From NCBI GenBank assembly GCA_963808235.1, contig CAWEEQ010000004.1, positions 1,440,001 through 1,504,000 on the forward strand: DNA of 64,000 nt, given 5' to 3'. The notes under the pieces are model-generated. The model searched no databases. It was not told the origin of the DNA and saw nothing but the letters and a program-made list of their open reading frames with translations. This DNA is from an uncultured delta proteobacterium. GTDB taxonomy: Bacteria; Desulfobacterota; Binatia; Binatales; Binataceae. Below are positions 18,815 to 28,157 of the stretch, piece by piece; the stretch's first letter is position 1; each line of letters opens with the position of its first letter. The translations under genes were made by a program, and so were the position numbers.

Positions 18815-20374
18815 GTGCTCACGTTTGCGACTTTGCTCGCCGACGCAGGAGCGCAACTCGCCTCGAGTTCCTGGCCGATGTTTCAGCACGATATGTCGCA
18901 CACGGGTCAGAGCTCGGTCGACACCAGCGGAACCACCGGCGCGTTCAAATGGCAGGTCTCCGTTCCCACGACTGGCGGCTTCGACTCATCTCCGGTGATT
19001 GGGGCAGATGGCACCATCTACGTCGGAGCGGGTGAGGACCAACTCTGGGCAATCAGCCCTGCCGACGGAACGGTCTTGTGGACCTTCCACCCGACTCCGG
19101 ATGTGAACGCACCGGTCTCGACGCCGGCGGTAGCCGCCGATGGCACCATTTACGTGGTCATCGGGGGGAACCTCTACGCGCTCAATCCCAACGGAACGCA
19201 AAAGTGGGTTTTCACAGGTACCGACCGAAACGGGGCGGTGATGTTGGTGGACTCGCCGACGATAGGCAGCGACGGCACTATCTTCATCGGGGGAACATCT
19301 ATGTTCGCCGTCAATCCCGATGGCACTCAACAGTGGACATACCCGTTGCCAGACGAATTGTCGGGTTCACCCGCCATTTCCCCAGGCGGAGATCTCTTCG
19401 TCTCGGACGGATGTGGCTACTTCGGGTTCAGCATCGACGGTGGCTATCACGGAAACTACAACGATCCCGTCTGCAGCTTTGCCGGTGGCGCCTCATCACC
19501 GACGGTGGATCCTAACAATCCCAACGTCGGCAACCCTCCCTATGTCGGATGTGAAGAGAACTGCAACGCGCTGGATGGGACCGGCCCGACAGGACAGTAT
19601 GTGACCGGAGGTCCGGTTATCTCAACCGCAGCGGTCGATCTTAAGAACAACATCTATTTCGGCTCCTCAGACGGCACCTTTTACGCACTCCGATATGGCG
19701 GGTTTCTGTTATGGAGCTTTCCTCCGCAAAGCGGTGACGGAATAGGTTCGTCAGCTGCCATCGGAGCCGAAGGCACCATTTATCTCCATGGGAACCCGGA
19801 CACTCTCTACGCGTTCAATCCGGACGGAACGATCAAATGGAAGTTCACCGGCCCGGGCGCCTCAGCCGCCAGTTCTTCGCTCGCCATCGGTCCCGACGGG
19901 ACGATCTACGTGCATTCCGAGAACGGAACCTTGTACGCGATTGGCTCGGGAGCACAGGTGCGACCGTCGCCCACGCCGACAGCAACTGCGACGCCAACGG
20001 CGACACCAACGCCGGCCTATTACAATATCGCTGGGTCGTGGTGCGGAGGTTTCTCTGATGCGTTCAATCTCGTGAACGGGACAATCACAACGACCGTTCA
20101 TCAAAAGCGTGCTCACCTCGAGGGGAAATACAAAACGAGTATAGAAGGAACTAATCAGGGTGATCGAGGAGGGCTCACCGGGAAGATCGCAGGCACCGCC
20201 GTCCATCTGGTTATGGAAGTTCGCGGGACATCCTGTCACTTGAACGCAGATGCCACGTACTGTCCGGCAAACACCTTAGGTTGCCTAAGTACGGGGCAAC
20301 TCGTCGGCAGTTATACGCAACACGGATGCAATCAACGCGACGACGGGTCATTTGTCCTCGAACCTTGTCAGTGA
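18815..20374 (+). CDS. Secreted PQQ-like beta-propeller repeat protein with PT linker and Cys-containing C-terminal domain
   Basis: WPMFQHD..HTG, repeated SSPxIGxDGTIY, PTPTATATP linker; true start may be ACG at 18776. Confidence 0.88.
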   Translation: MLTFATLLADAGAQLASSSWPMFQHDMSHTGQSSVDTSGTTGAFKWQVSVPTTGGFDSSPVIGADGTIYVGAGEDQLWAISPADGTVLWTFHPTPDVNAPVSTPAVAADGTIYVVIGGNLYALNPNGTQKWVFTGTDRNGAVMLVDSPTIGSDGTIFIGGTSMFAVNPDGTQQWTYPLPDELSGSPAISPGGDLFVSDGCGYFGFSIDGGYHGNYNDPVCSFAGGASSPTVDPNNPNVGNPPYVGCEENCNALDGTGPTGQYVTGGPVISTAAVDLKNNIYFGSSDGTFYALRYGGFLLWSFPPQSGDGIGSSAAIGAEGTIYLHGNPDTLYAFNPDGTIKWKFTGPGASAASSSLAIGPDGTIYVHSENGTLYAIGSGAQVRPSPTPTATATPTATPTPAYYNIAGSWCGGFSDAFNLVNGTITTTVHQKRAHLEGKYKTSIEGTNQGDRGGLTGKIAGTAVHLVMEVRGTSCHLNADATYCPANTLGCLSTGQLVGSYTQHGCNQRDDGSFVLEPCQ

Positions 20375-20453
20375 CTTACACCATAAGTACGCCGTGAAAG
20401 TATTGTGACGAGGCGCTGTTGCGATGCGGGCGCATGCTGCTATATGCGTCCCC

Positions 20454-21362
20454 ATGAAGACGCTCCGTATCGAGACTCGCAACGGCGTTGGCGTTATCAC
20501 TCTCACGCGCGGCGCTGAGTACAACACGATCACTCCGGAACTGCGCGACGAGCTTTCGGGCGCGATCGATCGCGTCGACGCGGACCACGATGTCCATGTG
20601 ATCCTGCTCCGCGCTGAGGGGCCCGCATTCTGCGCCGGCTACGCGCTCGAATCGTCCACGCGCGCGCAGTCGGGCGAGCGCGGGCGCAAGCGCGTGTGGG
20701 ACTCGGTCGCCGACTACGGAATGATCTCCCAATACGTGAACGTGTACATGAAGTTGTGGTACGCGAAGAAACCAACTATCGCGGCCGTACAGGGATGGTG
20801 TATCGGCGGAGGCACCGACATGGTGCTATGCAGCGACCTGATAATCGCGGCGGAGTCGGCGTCGTTCGGATATCCGCCGTCGCGAGTGTGGGGCACGCCG
20901 ACCACCGCGATGTGGGTCTATCGAATGGGCCTCGAACGCGCCAAGCGCTACCTGCTGACCGGCGACGAAATCCCCGCGCCTGAGGCCGCGCGAATCGGAC
21001 TAATCCTCGAGACCATGCCGGAGAACGAGCTCGACGCGCGCGCGTCGGCGTTGGCCGAGCGGATGGCGCAGGTGCCGACGAATCAACTCCAGATGCTCAA
21101 GGTGCTCTGCAATCACACCGCGGAGAACATGGGCCTCGGCACGTCGCGATTAGTCGGCTCACTGTTCGACGGTATCGCGCGGCATACGCAGGAAGGCCTC
21201 GATTTCGTCGCGCGCGCGCAAGCGGCGGGATTTCGGCAGGCCGTCCGCGAGCGCGATGATCCGTTCGGAGATTACGGCTCGGGGCCGCGATCGAAAAATC
21301 GCGCGGCGAAAGCTGGCGGGGCCAAAAGCGCAGGCACAAGGAGCGGGAAACGAAAGTCTTAA
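20454..21362 (+). CDS. Crotonase / enoyl-CoA hydratase family protein
   Basis: AFCAGY and KPTIAAVQGWCIGGG motifs. Confidence 0.92.
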   Translation: MKTLRIETRNGVGVITLTRGAEYNTITPELRDELSGAIDRVDADHDVHVILLRAEGPAFCAGYALESSTRAQSGERGRKRVWDSVADYGMISQYVNVYMKLWYAKKPTIAAVQGWCIGGGTDMVLCSDLIIAAESASFGYPPSRVWGTPTTAMWVYRMGLERAKRYLLTGDEIPAPEAARIGLILETMPENELDARASALAERMAQVPTNQLQMLKVLCNHTAENMGLGTSRLVGSLFDGIARHTQEGLDFVARAQAAGFRQAVRERDDPFGDYGSGPRSKNRAAKAGGAKSAGTRSGKRKS

Positions 21363-21458
21363 TTTAATCTGAAACCCGCCTAGGTTTCAGACTTCCTTGG
21401 GCAGGGGTGACCCCTGCACCCAGTGATAAGAAAAGATGCGGGACTTCGTCTCTGTTAG
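21360..21458 (+). repeat. Structured ~100-nt dispersed repeat, copy B
   Basis: TAATTTAATCTGAAACC..GGTTTCAGACTTCC..GGCAGGGG..CCCCTGCACC..GATGCGGGACTTCGTCTCTGTTAG. Confidence 0.85.
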
Positions 21459-21493
21459 AACTGGTTAGTGAGAAGGCGTCGGTCCGTTTCTTA

Positions 21494-21553
21494 CCTCGCC
21501 CGTTACTTTCACGGGAGAGGCGGCCGGCCGCGCTGCGGTCGGTAGGTGAGGGT
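21494..21553 (-). repeat. REP-like palindrome (CCCTCACC..CCTCTCCC..GGGCGAGG family)
   Basis: Reverse complement matches the unit inside the 17-18 kb repeats and 61577-61614. Confidence 0.75.
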
Positions 21554-21576
21554 CATGCGAATCGAGATAGTTTTCA

Positions 21577-21621
21577 GCTTCCTTGGGCAGGGGCCATGCC
21601 CCTGCACCTGAGTGAGGAAAA
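21577..21621 (+). repeat. Structured dispersed repeat, partial copy C
   Basis: CTTCCTTGGGCAGGGGCCATGCCCCTGCACCTGAGTGAGGAAAA. Confidence 0.85.
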
Positions 21622-21638
21622 GGTTTATTAGTGATGCG

Positions 21639-22358
21639 ATGACTACCAACGATATTACTTTTCCTGCTGCGGATGGGCATCCGATGCGGGCTGCGTTTGC
21701 GGGGGCTGCTGAGGGCGGCAAGCGGCCTGGGGTGATCGTTATCCATGAGATCTTCGGGCTCAACGATGATATCCGGAGGATCACCGGGCGGGTTGCCGAC
21801 CTTGGCTACGCGGCGCTTGCGCCTGATTTGTACGACGGGCCGGGGTCGCGGTTTATCTGTATCGCGCGCACCCTGATGACGCTCAACCGCGGCGAGGGTA
21901 TCGCGTACAAAGATCTCGATGCGGCGCGGAAGTTTCTGCAGCAGCAGCCGGGCGTGGACTCGACGCGGATCGGAGTGATCGGATTTTGCATGGGCGGCGG
22001 CTTCGCGCTGATGTTTGCGGCGCGCGCGCCGATTGGAGTCGCGGCGACCTTCTATGGCGACGTTCCAAAAACGACCGACCAGTTGCGCGGAGTCTGCCCC
22101 GTGCTCGGCGGTTACGGAGATCGGGACAAGATGTTCGGGTCACAGGGGCGGCGACTCGACAAGCTGCTGGGCGAGCTTGGCGTTGATCACGATGTGAAGA
22201 TATATCCCGATGCGGGCCACAGCTTCATGAGCCACAACACCGGTATCCTGGCGTCGATAGGAAAAATGACTCCGATGAAAGCGGAGTACAATCCCGAGGC
22301 GGCAAACGATAGCTGGAAGCGGATCGAGAGCTTCTTCGCACGCCACCTCGGGCGTTAA
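21639..22358 (+). CDS. Dienelactone hydrolase family protein
   Basis: HEIFGLN, GFCMGG and YPDAGHSF motifs. Confidence 0.93.
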   Translation: MTTNDITFPAADGHPMRAAFAGAAEGGKRPGVIVIHEIFGLNDDIRRITGRVADLGYAALAPDLYDGPGSRFICIARTLMTLNRGEGIAYKDLDAARKFLQQQPGVDSTRIGVIGFCMGGGFALMFAARAPIGVAATFYGDVPKTTDQLRGVCPVLGGYGDRDKMFGSQGRRLDKLLGELGVDHDVKIYPDAGHSFMSHNTGILASIGKMTPMKAEYNPEAANDSWKRIESFFARHLGR

Positions 22359-22362
22359 GGCT

Positions 22363-22611
22363 TTACTTGCCCAGCCCGACGGCCTGGCGCGACTTGGCGA
22401 TTCGCTCGCGCGAGGCGACCAGCGCCTCGACGTTGCGGGCGCCGCGATAGCCCATCTGATCGGCCAGATATTCCGCAAGCTTGCGCTCGGAGATATTCGG
22501 CTTTTGTTTGCGCTTGTCGTGCGCCAACTCGGCCAGAGTGGTCCGCAGAGTCTCCTCGGAATCCTTCAGCGTTTCGAAAATCGGAGAGGGAATCACAGAA
22601 CTGATGGGCAT
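22363..22611 (-). CDS. Small hypothetical protein
   Basis: 82-aa ATG ORF filling the gap, helical composition, AGGTGAAGG upstream. Confidence 0.6.
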   Translation of the reverse strand: MPISSVIPSPIFETLKDSEETLRTTLAELAHDKRKQKPNISERKLAEYLADQMGYRGARNVEALVASRERIAKSRQAVGLGK

Positions 22612-22743
22612 GCCTTCACCTATGTCGCTAATTTATGCGCTAATTCTAGCATAAACGCGGCAAAACTGGTGCATGCCCCAAGTCAAGCATCAGGACTGCA
22701 AGATTGTTCCGCGCGCGACCTATTTTATCGAGACGAGGCGCTG

Positions 22744-22959
22744 CTAGCTCTGAGGATCTTTCAGATGCGGACGGGTCGCGTAGAAGTAGTCCATTCCGGG
22801 AACTCCGCGCGGGGTTTCATCGTCGAAGAGAATCGAGACGACTCCGTAAAACGCGACTACCGCCCAGAATGCGCCGGTTCCGACTGGCGGAAACGCCGCA
22901 GTCGCCGCCGCCTGCATGAGCATCGCGATCGCGTCGCGCATCAGCCACAAATCATGCAT
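22744..22959 (-). CDS. Small hypothetical membrane protein
   Basis: 71-aa ORF with one hydrophobic segment, co-oriented with neighbours. Confidence 0.4.
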   Translation of the reverse strand: MHDLWLMRDAIAMLMQAAATAAFPPVGTGAFWAVVAFYGVVSILFDDETPRGVPGMDYFYATRPHLKDPQS

Positions 22960-23016
22960 CTCGCCGTAACTACCTTGGCAAGGGTGGCGCAGATGGCGGG
23001 CGCCGTGGTGTCTCCC

Positions 23017-23802
23017 CTACTCTCCGGTCCAGTTGGGCTTTCGCTTCTGGGAAAAGGCCAACGGACCCTCTACTGCATCCTTGGATCTGAACAGTTTCGA
23101 TTGCAAGTCGTAATGCTTTGCGATGGCCGCCTCGGTCGTCATCCCGAGCCCGTTCATCGCGGACTGTTTCGACGCCTGCACTGACAACGGCGAGCATTCC
23201 ATGATCTCGCCGGCCCATCGCTCGGCCGTGGGGATCAGGTCCTTGAGCGGCACCACTTCGTTGGCGATTCCGTAGCGATGCGCCTCGGCGGCTGTGATGT
23301 GTTTTCCCGTGAGCATCATGCCCATCGCGATTTTGAGCGGTATGTGACGAGGCAGGCGATGGACTCCGCCGGCTGCCGCCATCAGGCCCACGCGAGGCTC
23401 CGGCAATCCGAAGCGCGCGTGCTCCGCTGCAACTATGATATCGCATGAGAGCGCGATCTCGAATCCACCGCCGAGCGCGAAGCCATTCACCGCCGCGATG
23501 ATCGGCTTGTAGATATCGTAACGCGCGGTGATACCGGCGAAGCCGCCCTTGCCGCGGAGCGCCTCGCTGAGTTGGGCCCGATTTTCGGCCTGGTAGCGGA
23601 GATCGTTACCGGCCGAGAACGCCTTGTCGCCGGCGCCGGTCACGATTGCGACCCACATCGCTTTGTCGGCGATGAAATCGTCCCACACGTTGTCCATCTC
23701 AACGTGGCACGGTGGATGGAGCGCGTTCATGCGTTCGGGGCGGTTAAACGTGATGTAGCCGATGTGGCCGCGCTTTTCGTATTTGACAAATTTCAGATCC
23801 AT
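23017..23802 (-). CDS. Enoyl-CoA hydratase (CaiD-like)
   Basis: NRPERMNAL, FSAGNDL, AVNGFALGGGFE and FGLPEPRVG motifs. Confidence 0.94.
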   Translation of the reverse strand: MDLKFVKYEKRGHIGYITFNRPERMNALHPPCHVEMDNVWDDFIADKAMWVAIVTGAGDKAFSAGNDLRYQAENRAQLSEALRGKGGFAGITARYDIYKPIIAAVNGFALGGGFEIALSCDIIVAAEHARFGLPEPRVGLMAAAGGVHRLPRHIPLKIAMGMMLTGKHITAAEAHRYGIANEVVPLKDLIPTAERWAGEIMECSPLSVQASKQSAMNGLGMTTEAAIAKHYDLQSKLFRSKDAVEGPLAFSQKRKPNWTGE

Positions 23803-23821
23803 TGGCGTGCCTCTCCAGTTT

Positions 23822-24055
23822 CTAGTGTTCGTCGAGCAGTTCGAAAAATGCGTCGATACTCTGCATGAGCTGGCGCCGGATTTGCGCGCGGGTGCCTTCG
23901 ATCAGATGCATCGTGACCCGGCCGCTGGTGCCGTCGGCAAGATTGACCCGTGCGTCCTCGACGCCGGCGACGCCGCCCTGGTCAAAGATGCGCATCCCAT
24001 AGACCAGCGCTCCACGCTGCGACGCCCCTTTCACCAGAGTCAACTTACGCGCCAT
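23822..24055 (-). CDS. Small hypothetical protein
   Basis: ATG at 24055 with GGGAGA SD; 77 aa; directly upstream of the crotonase. Confidence 0.65.
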   Translation of the reverse strand: MARKLTLVKGASQRGALVYGMRIFDQGGVAGVEDARVNLADGTSGRVTMHLIEGTRAQIRRQLMQSIDAFFELLDEH

Positions 24056-24259
24056 CCGGTTCTCCCTCGCACACGACTGTTCCACAGTTCCCGGATGCTC
24101 TATAGCATATCGAAGCGGAACTGTGGCGTTGGCCAGGAAACTCATCGTCCACTTGCAGCATAACGGGCGTTCGGTCATACAGAACTCACACCTTCTCGCG
24201 CTTTGGCCACGCATCAGTAACGTTCAGCGGCGGAGCGGCGACAAGACAAGGAGACCATA

Positions 24260-24547
24260 ATGCCTCTGTACCTGATCGAGCGAAATTTTGCCGAGCAACT
24301 GAACGTGAACCGCGAGGCCGCAACGGCGGTCTGCCAGGTCAACGCCGACGCCGGCATCGAGTGGCTATTCTCCTTCCTGAGCGCCGACAAGAAGAAGACC
24401 TACTGCCTGTACGAGGCGCCCAACCCCGAAGCTATTCGCGAAGCGGCACGGAAGCTGAACCTGCCGGCGGACGTGATTGTCGAGCTGGGGGACTCGCGGC
24501 TCAACCCATCAGCGCCGAATCTGCTCACGCCAACCCGCGGCGCGTGA
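24260..24547 (+). CDS. DUF4242 domain protein
   Basis: MPLYLIER and KKTYCLYEAPNPEAIREAA motifs; AAGGAG SD. Confidence 0.88.
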   Translation: MPLYLIERNFAEQLNVNREAATAVCQVNADAGIEWLFSFLSADKKKTYCLYEAPNPEAIREAARKLNLPADVIVELGDSRLNPSAPNLLTPTRGA

Positions 24548-24557
24548 TTGATCGCAG

Positions 24558-27500
24558 TTAGTGTAAGTCGGGCTTCATCTGCGCTATCGCGGCCGTGACG
24601 CGCTCCTCGAGTGCGCGCATCCCCACCTCGCGAGCCGTAGCAAGCGCCTCCTCGAACAGGATCGCGGCCTTGTCGCGGTCGCCAGACTGACGGCGTGCGA
24701 GCAGCATCGCCGCGTACTGCTCCTGGGTGTGTGCAAGCCAGGTCCGCGCGCCCATGCGGGCGTTCATCGCGAGCGCATCTTCAAAATGACGCGTCGCGTC
24801 GTCCCAACGCTCAAGAGTGGTCGCCAGCGCACCGAGGTATCGTGAGAGCGCACCATAGCAAGCCACAGCATTGCTCACGATCACATTGAGCGCGGCGAAG
24901 GGTAAGAGTATCTCGTATAACTTTTCGGCGCGCGCTCGATCCCCCAGAAAGGTGCAGATGTCCACCATGTAGCTCATGGTGCCCATCCACAAGGAATCAC
25001 GCGAGATGTCAGCGAAGTCGTGCTGCGCCAAGTTCTCGAATTCAGTTCGCGCGTCCGCCGTGAGTCCAAGCTCCGAGTAGATCACCGCGAGGCCGGGACG
25101 CCAGGCGGCGTCCGCGGAATTTTGTTGGAGAAAGACTCGCACCACAGGCGCGACTTCCTTGAGACGACCCTGCTCGCGGCGCAGGGCAAACATCTGGAGT
25201 CCGAAAACGCCGGCGGCCGTTTCCGCTTGCAGGCTCTGGCCAATCGCGAAGGCTTGCTGAGCCAGCCGCTCACTGTCTTCGAAGCGTCCCCGCATCAAGG
25301 CCCGCATGGCCCGCAGCATTTCGCAGATGGATTGATGAAAAGGCTGCTTGACCTCTGCCGCCCAACGCCAATAGCCGTCGAAGTCCACGTCGGCCCCCGC
25401 CGTATCTCCCAACTCGAGCCGGCAATACCCGCGCCAGAAGTACTGCGAGTAATTCAGATTTTGGATGTCCGCCAAATTGGCAAGGTCATGCATCTCTGTT
25501 GTGATGGCAAGCCGCTGCTCGGCGTGCTCCGGTCCCGATAAGGCGTAAAACATTCCCAAAAGGCTGTAGCTGACCAGCTCCGGATCTCCGATGCGTCGGG
25601 CCATCGCCACCGCCTGCGGAGCATATACCATCAACTTCTGCCTCTCACCGATGACCCCCAGGTAGCGGGCCAAGCCGCCGAGGGTCTTGGCCTTGAGGGG
25701 ACTGTCATCCGGCCCGAACTTCTGCAGTGCTTCTTCGAGCAGGGGAACCGCTCTCGGCGCGGGAAAACCCGTGGTGTGCGTCATGAATACGAGCTCCAAC
25801 GCCGCATCGATCAAGTGTTCGATTGACCCAAGTGACTTGGCGGTTTCGGCAGCGCGCAGAAATGCTTCGTGGGCTTCAGCGAATTCGCCTGTCCGGTGTC
25901 GCGCTTCACCAAGCAACAACAGAAATGAGTAATGCTGAGCTTCGTGGGCGGGACGATTTCGCTCCGGCGTTTCGGGGATGGCCCCGAGCAGTTCGAGCCC
26001 CTTCTTGAGATGGTTGATGGCTTCCAGGTTTGCCGAGCGCTGAAGGGCTCGCTCACCGGCCCTTTGCCAGTACGGAATCGCCTGTGCTCCCAATCCCGCT
26101 TCCGTGTAGTGATGGGCGATCAGCTCGGGCTGCGTCTCCACCATCTCGGGGAATTGCGCTTCCAGGACGCGCGCGACGCGTTGATGCAGAACTCTGCGCC
26201 GTTCCAGCAGCGACGAGCCTGCCGCGACCTGTTGCGAGAGCGCGTGCTTGAAGCCGTACGCGACGTCGGAAACCGCCGGTTGCTCGTAGATGAACTCGGC
26301 TGTCTGCAGCTCAGAGAGCAGCCGCTGCAACTCGTCGTCACCCTTTCCAGACACTTCCCTTACCAGCCTGAACGGGAACTCCTTGCCGATCACCGCGAGC
26401 GTCTGGAGCAGGTCTTTCTGCTCCGCCGGCAGCCGGTCGATGCGTGAGGCAAGCACCGCTTGCACCGTTGACGGGATTTGAATGGTGCTCAGAGATTTGG
26501 CGAGCTTGATGGTGCCATTGCGAACCAGGGCGCCCTGCTCGAACAGGGCCTGCACGATCTCTTCCATGAAAAAGGGATTGCCCTCGGTCTTCTCGAGGAT
26601 CAGGCGTTTGAGCGGCGCGAGATCGATTCCGTCGTCAAGCAGCGCCTTCAACATCTCCTCGCCGCTCTCGGCGCCAAGCGGGTCAAGCCGGAGCTGCGTA
26701 TAGTAGCTCCGGTTGCCCCAGTTGTGGGTGAACTCGGGCCGGTAATTCACCAGCATCAGGACCCGCGCCGTGCCGATTGAATCGGCGAGCAGGTTCAGCA
26801 GGGCCCTTGAACCTTCGTCGACCCAGTGCAGGTCCTCGAAGATCACGATGAGCGGCTGGCTGAGGCTTTCGCGCAGCAGCAGGCGTTTGATCGCGTCGAG
26901 GGTGCGGCGCCTTCTGATCTCCGGATCCATGCGGGCGATTTGATCGTCGCTCTCCGCCACCTCGAGCAGGGTGAAGATGTATGGCAAGGTGTCTTCCAGC
27001 GAGCGATCGAGGATCAGGATCTTTCCCGCGATCTTCTCGCGGCGCCGGCGTGCGTCGTCGTCAGAAGTTATCTCGAAATAGTTTTTGAGCAGCTCGATCA
27101 GCGGCAGGTATGCCGATGCCTTCCCGTGCGATACGGACAAAGTCTCAAGCACCAGGCATCCGGACTGCCCGATCGCACGGAACTCGAAGAACAGGCGCGA
27201 TTTTCCCACTCCGGCCTCGCCCACCGCGGCAGCCATCTGGCCACGCCCGCTCTTGGCGAGTTCGAGCGCTCGCTTTATTTGCGCGAGCTCACTCTCGCGT
27301 CCCACAAATTTGGAGAGCCCGCGCCTCGCCGACGCTTGCAGACGGGTGCGCAACGGCCCGAGCCCGCCAACCTCGTACACGTTGACCGGCCCGCTGACGC
27401 CCTTAACCCTGGTCGCGCCGAGCGGCTTCAGGATGAAGTAGCCTTCGCAAAAGCTGCGGGTCGCCTCGCTCGCCACGATCGATCCGGTGCGCGCGATTGT

Positions 27501-28157
27501 CTGCAGGCGCGATGCGAGATTGGCGGTGTGGCCGATTGGGGTGTACTCGATGTGGCCCTCGCCGGTCTGGATCGAGCGGAGCACGACTTCGCCGGTGTTT
27601 ACGCCAACCCGAATCTCTAGCGGTGCGCGGCCGTCGGCCTGCAGCTTGGCGCCATAGCGACGCAGCTCCTCTTGCATCCTGAGTGAGGCAAACAGGGCGC
27701 GTTGCGGATGATCCTCGTGCGCGATCGGCGCGCCGAACATGGCGAAGATTCCGTCGCCGGTCGATTGTACCACGTAGCCGTCGTAGCGGCGCACCGCGTC
27801 GATCATCAGCTTGAGCGCGGGGTCGACGATCGCGCGCGCCTCTTCGGGATCGAGATCCTGCTCGAGTTCCGTCGATCCCTTGATATCCGCGAACAGCGCC
27901 GTGAGCGTTTTACGTTCTCCGTCGGTCGCGGACGCGTCGGTTTGTTCTTCCGCTACCCGGACCGGCTGCGCGGACTGACGAACGGTTGACGCGGGCGACA
28001 TCGATGCTGCGCACTCGTCGCAGAATTTCGCTCCGGGTGGATTCACCGCCCCGCATTGAGGGCATTTCGCAGAAAAAGGTGTCGCGCACTCGGAGCAGAA
28101 CTTCGCACCTTCACGATTGTCAGCCCCGCATTTCGTGCAACTAGCCACGCTGGTCAC
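24558..28157 (-). CDS. Double zinc ribbon - class III nucleotide cyclase - STAND/AAA ATPase - TPR protein (copy 1)
   Basis: Four CxxC, LFADIKGS, GDG, NLASRLQ, GEAGVGKS, FEDLHW, FKHAL, TPR-like C-terminus. Confidence 0.93.
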   Translation of the reverse strand: MTSVASCTKCGADNREGAKFCSECATPFSAKCPQCGAVNPPGAKFCDECAASMSPASTVRQSAQPVRVAEEQTDASATDGERKTLTALFADIKGSTELEQDLDPEEARAIVDPALKLMIDAVRRYDGYVVQSTGDGIFAMFGAPIAHEDHPQRALFASLRMQEELRRYGAKLQADGRAPLEIRVGVNTGEVVLRSIQTGEGHIEYTPIGHTANLASRLQTIARTGSIVASEATRSFCEGYFILKPLGATRVKGVSGPVNVYEVGGLGPLRTRLQASARRGLSKFVGRESELAQIKRALELAKSGRGQMAAAVGEAGVGKSRLFFEFRAIGQSGCLVLETLSVSHGKASAYLPLIELLKNYFEITSDDDARRRREKIAGKILILDRSLEDTLPYIFTLLEVAESDDQIARMDPEIRRRRTLDAIKRLLLRESLSQPLIVIFEDLHWVDEGSRALLNLLADSIGTARVLMLVNYRPEFTHNWGNRSYYTQLRLDPLGAESGEEMLKALLDDGIDLAPLKRLILEKTEGNPFFMEEIVQALFEQGALVRNGTIKLAKSLSTIQIPSTVQAVLASRIDRLPAEQKDLLQTLAVIGKEFPFRLVREVSGKGDDELQRLLSELQTAEFIYEQPAVSDVAYGFKHALSQQVAAGSSLLERRRVLHQRVARVLEAQFPEMVETQPELIAHHYTEAGLGAQAIPYWQRAGERALQRSANLEAINHLKKGLELLGAIPETPERNRPAHEAQHYSFLLLLGEARHRTGEFAEAHEAFLRAAETAKSLGSIEHLIDAALELVFMTHTTGFPAPRAVPLLEEALQKFGPDDSPLKAKTLGGLARYLGVIGERQKLMVYAPQAVAMARRIGDPELVSYSLLGMFYALSGPEHAEQRLAITTEMHDLANLADIQNLNYSQYFWRGYCRLELGDTAGADVDFDGYWRWAAEVKQPFHQSICEMLRAMRALMRGRFEDSERLAQQAFAIGQSLQAETAAGVFGLQMFALRREQGRLKEVAPVVRVFLQQNSADAAWRPGLAVIYSELGLTADARTEFENLAQHDFADISRDSLWMGTMSYMVDICTFLGDRARAEKLYEILLPFAALNVIVSNAVACYGALSRYLGALATTLERWDDATRHFEDALAMNARMGARTWLAHTQEQYAAMLLARRQSGDRDKAAILFEEALATAREVGMRALEERVTAAIAQMKPDLH

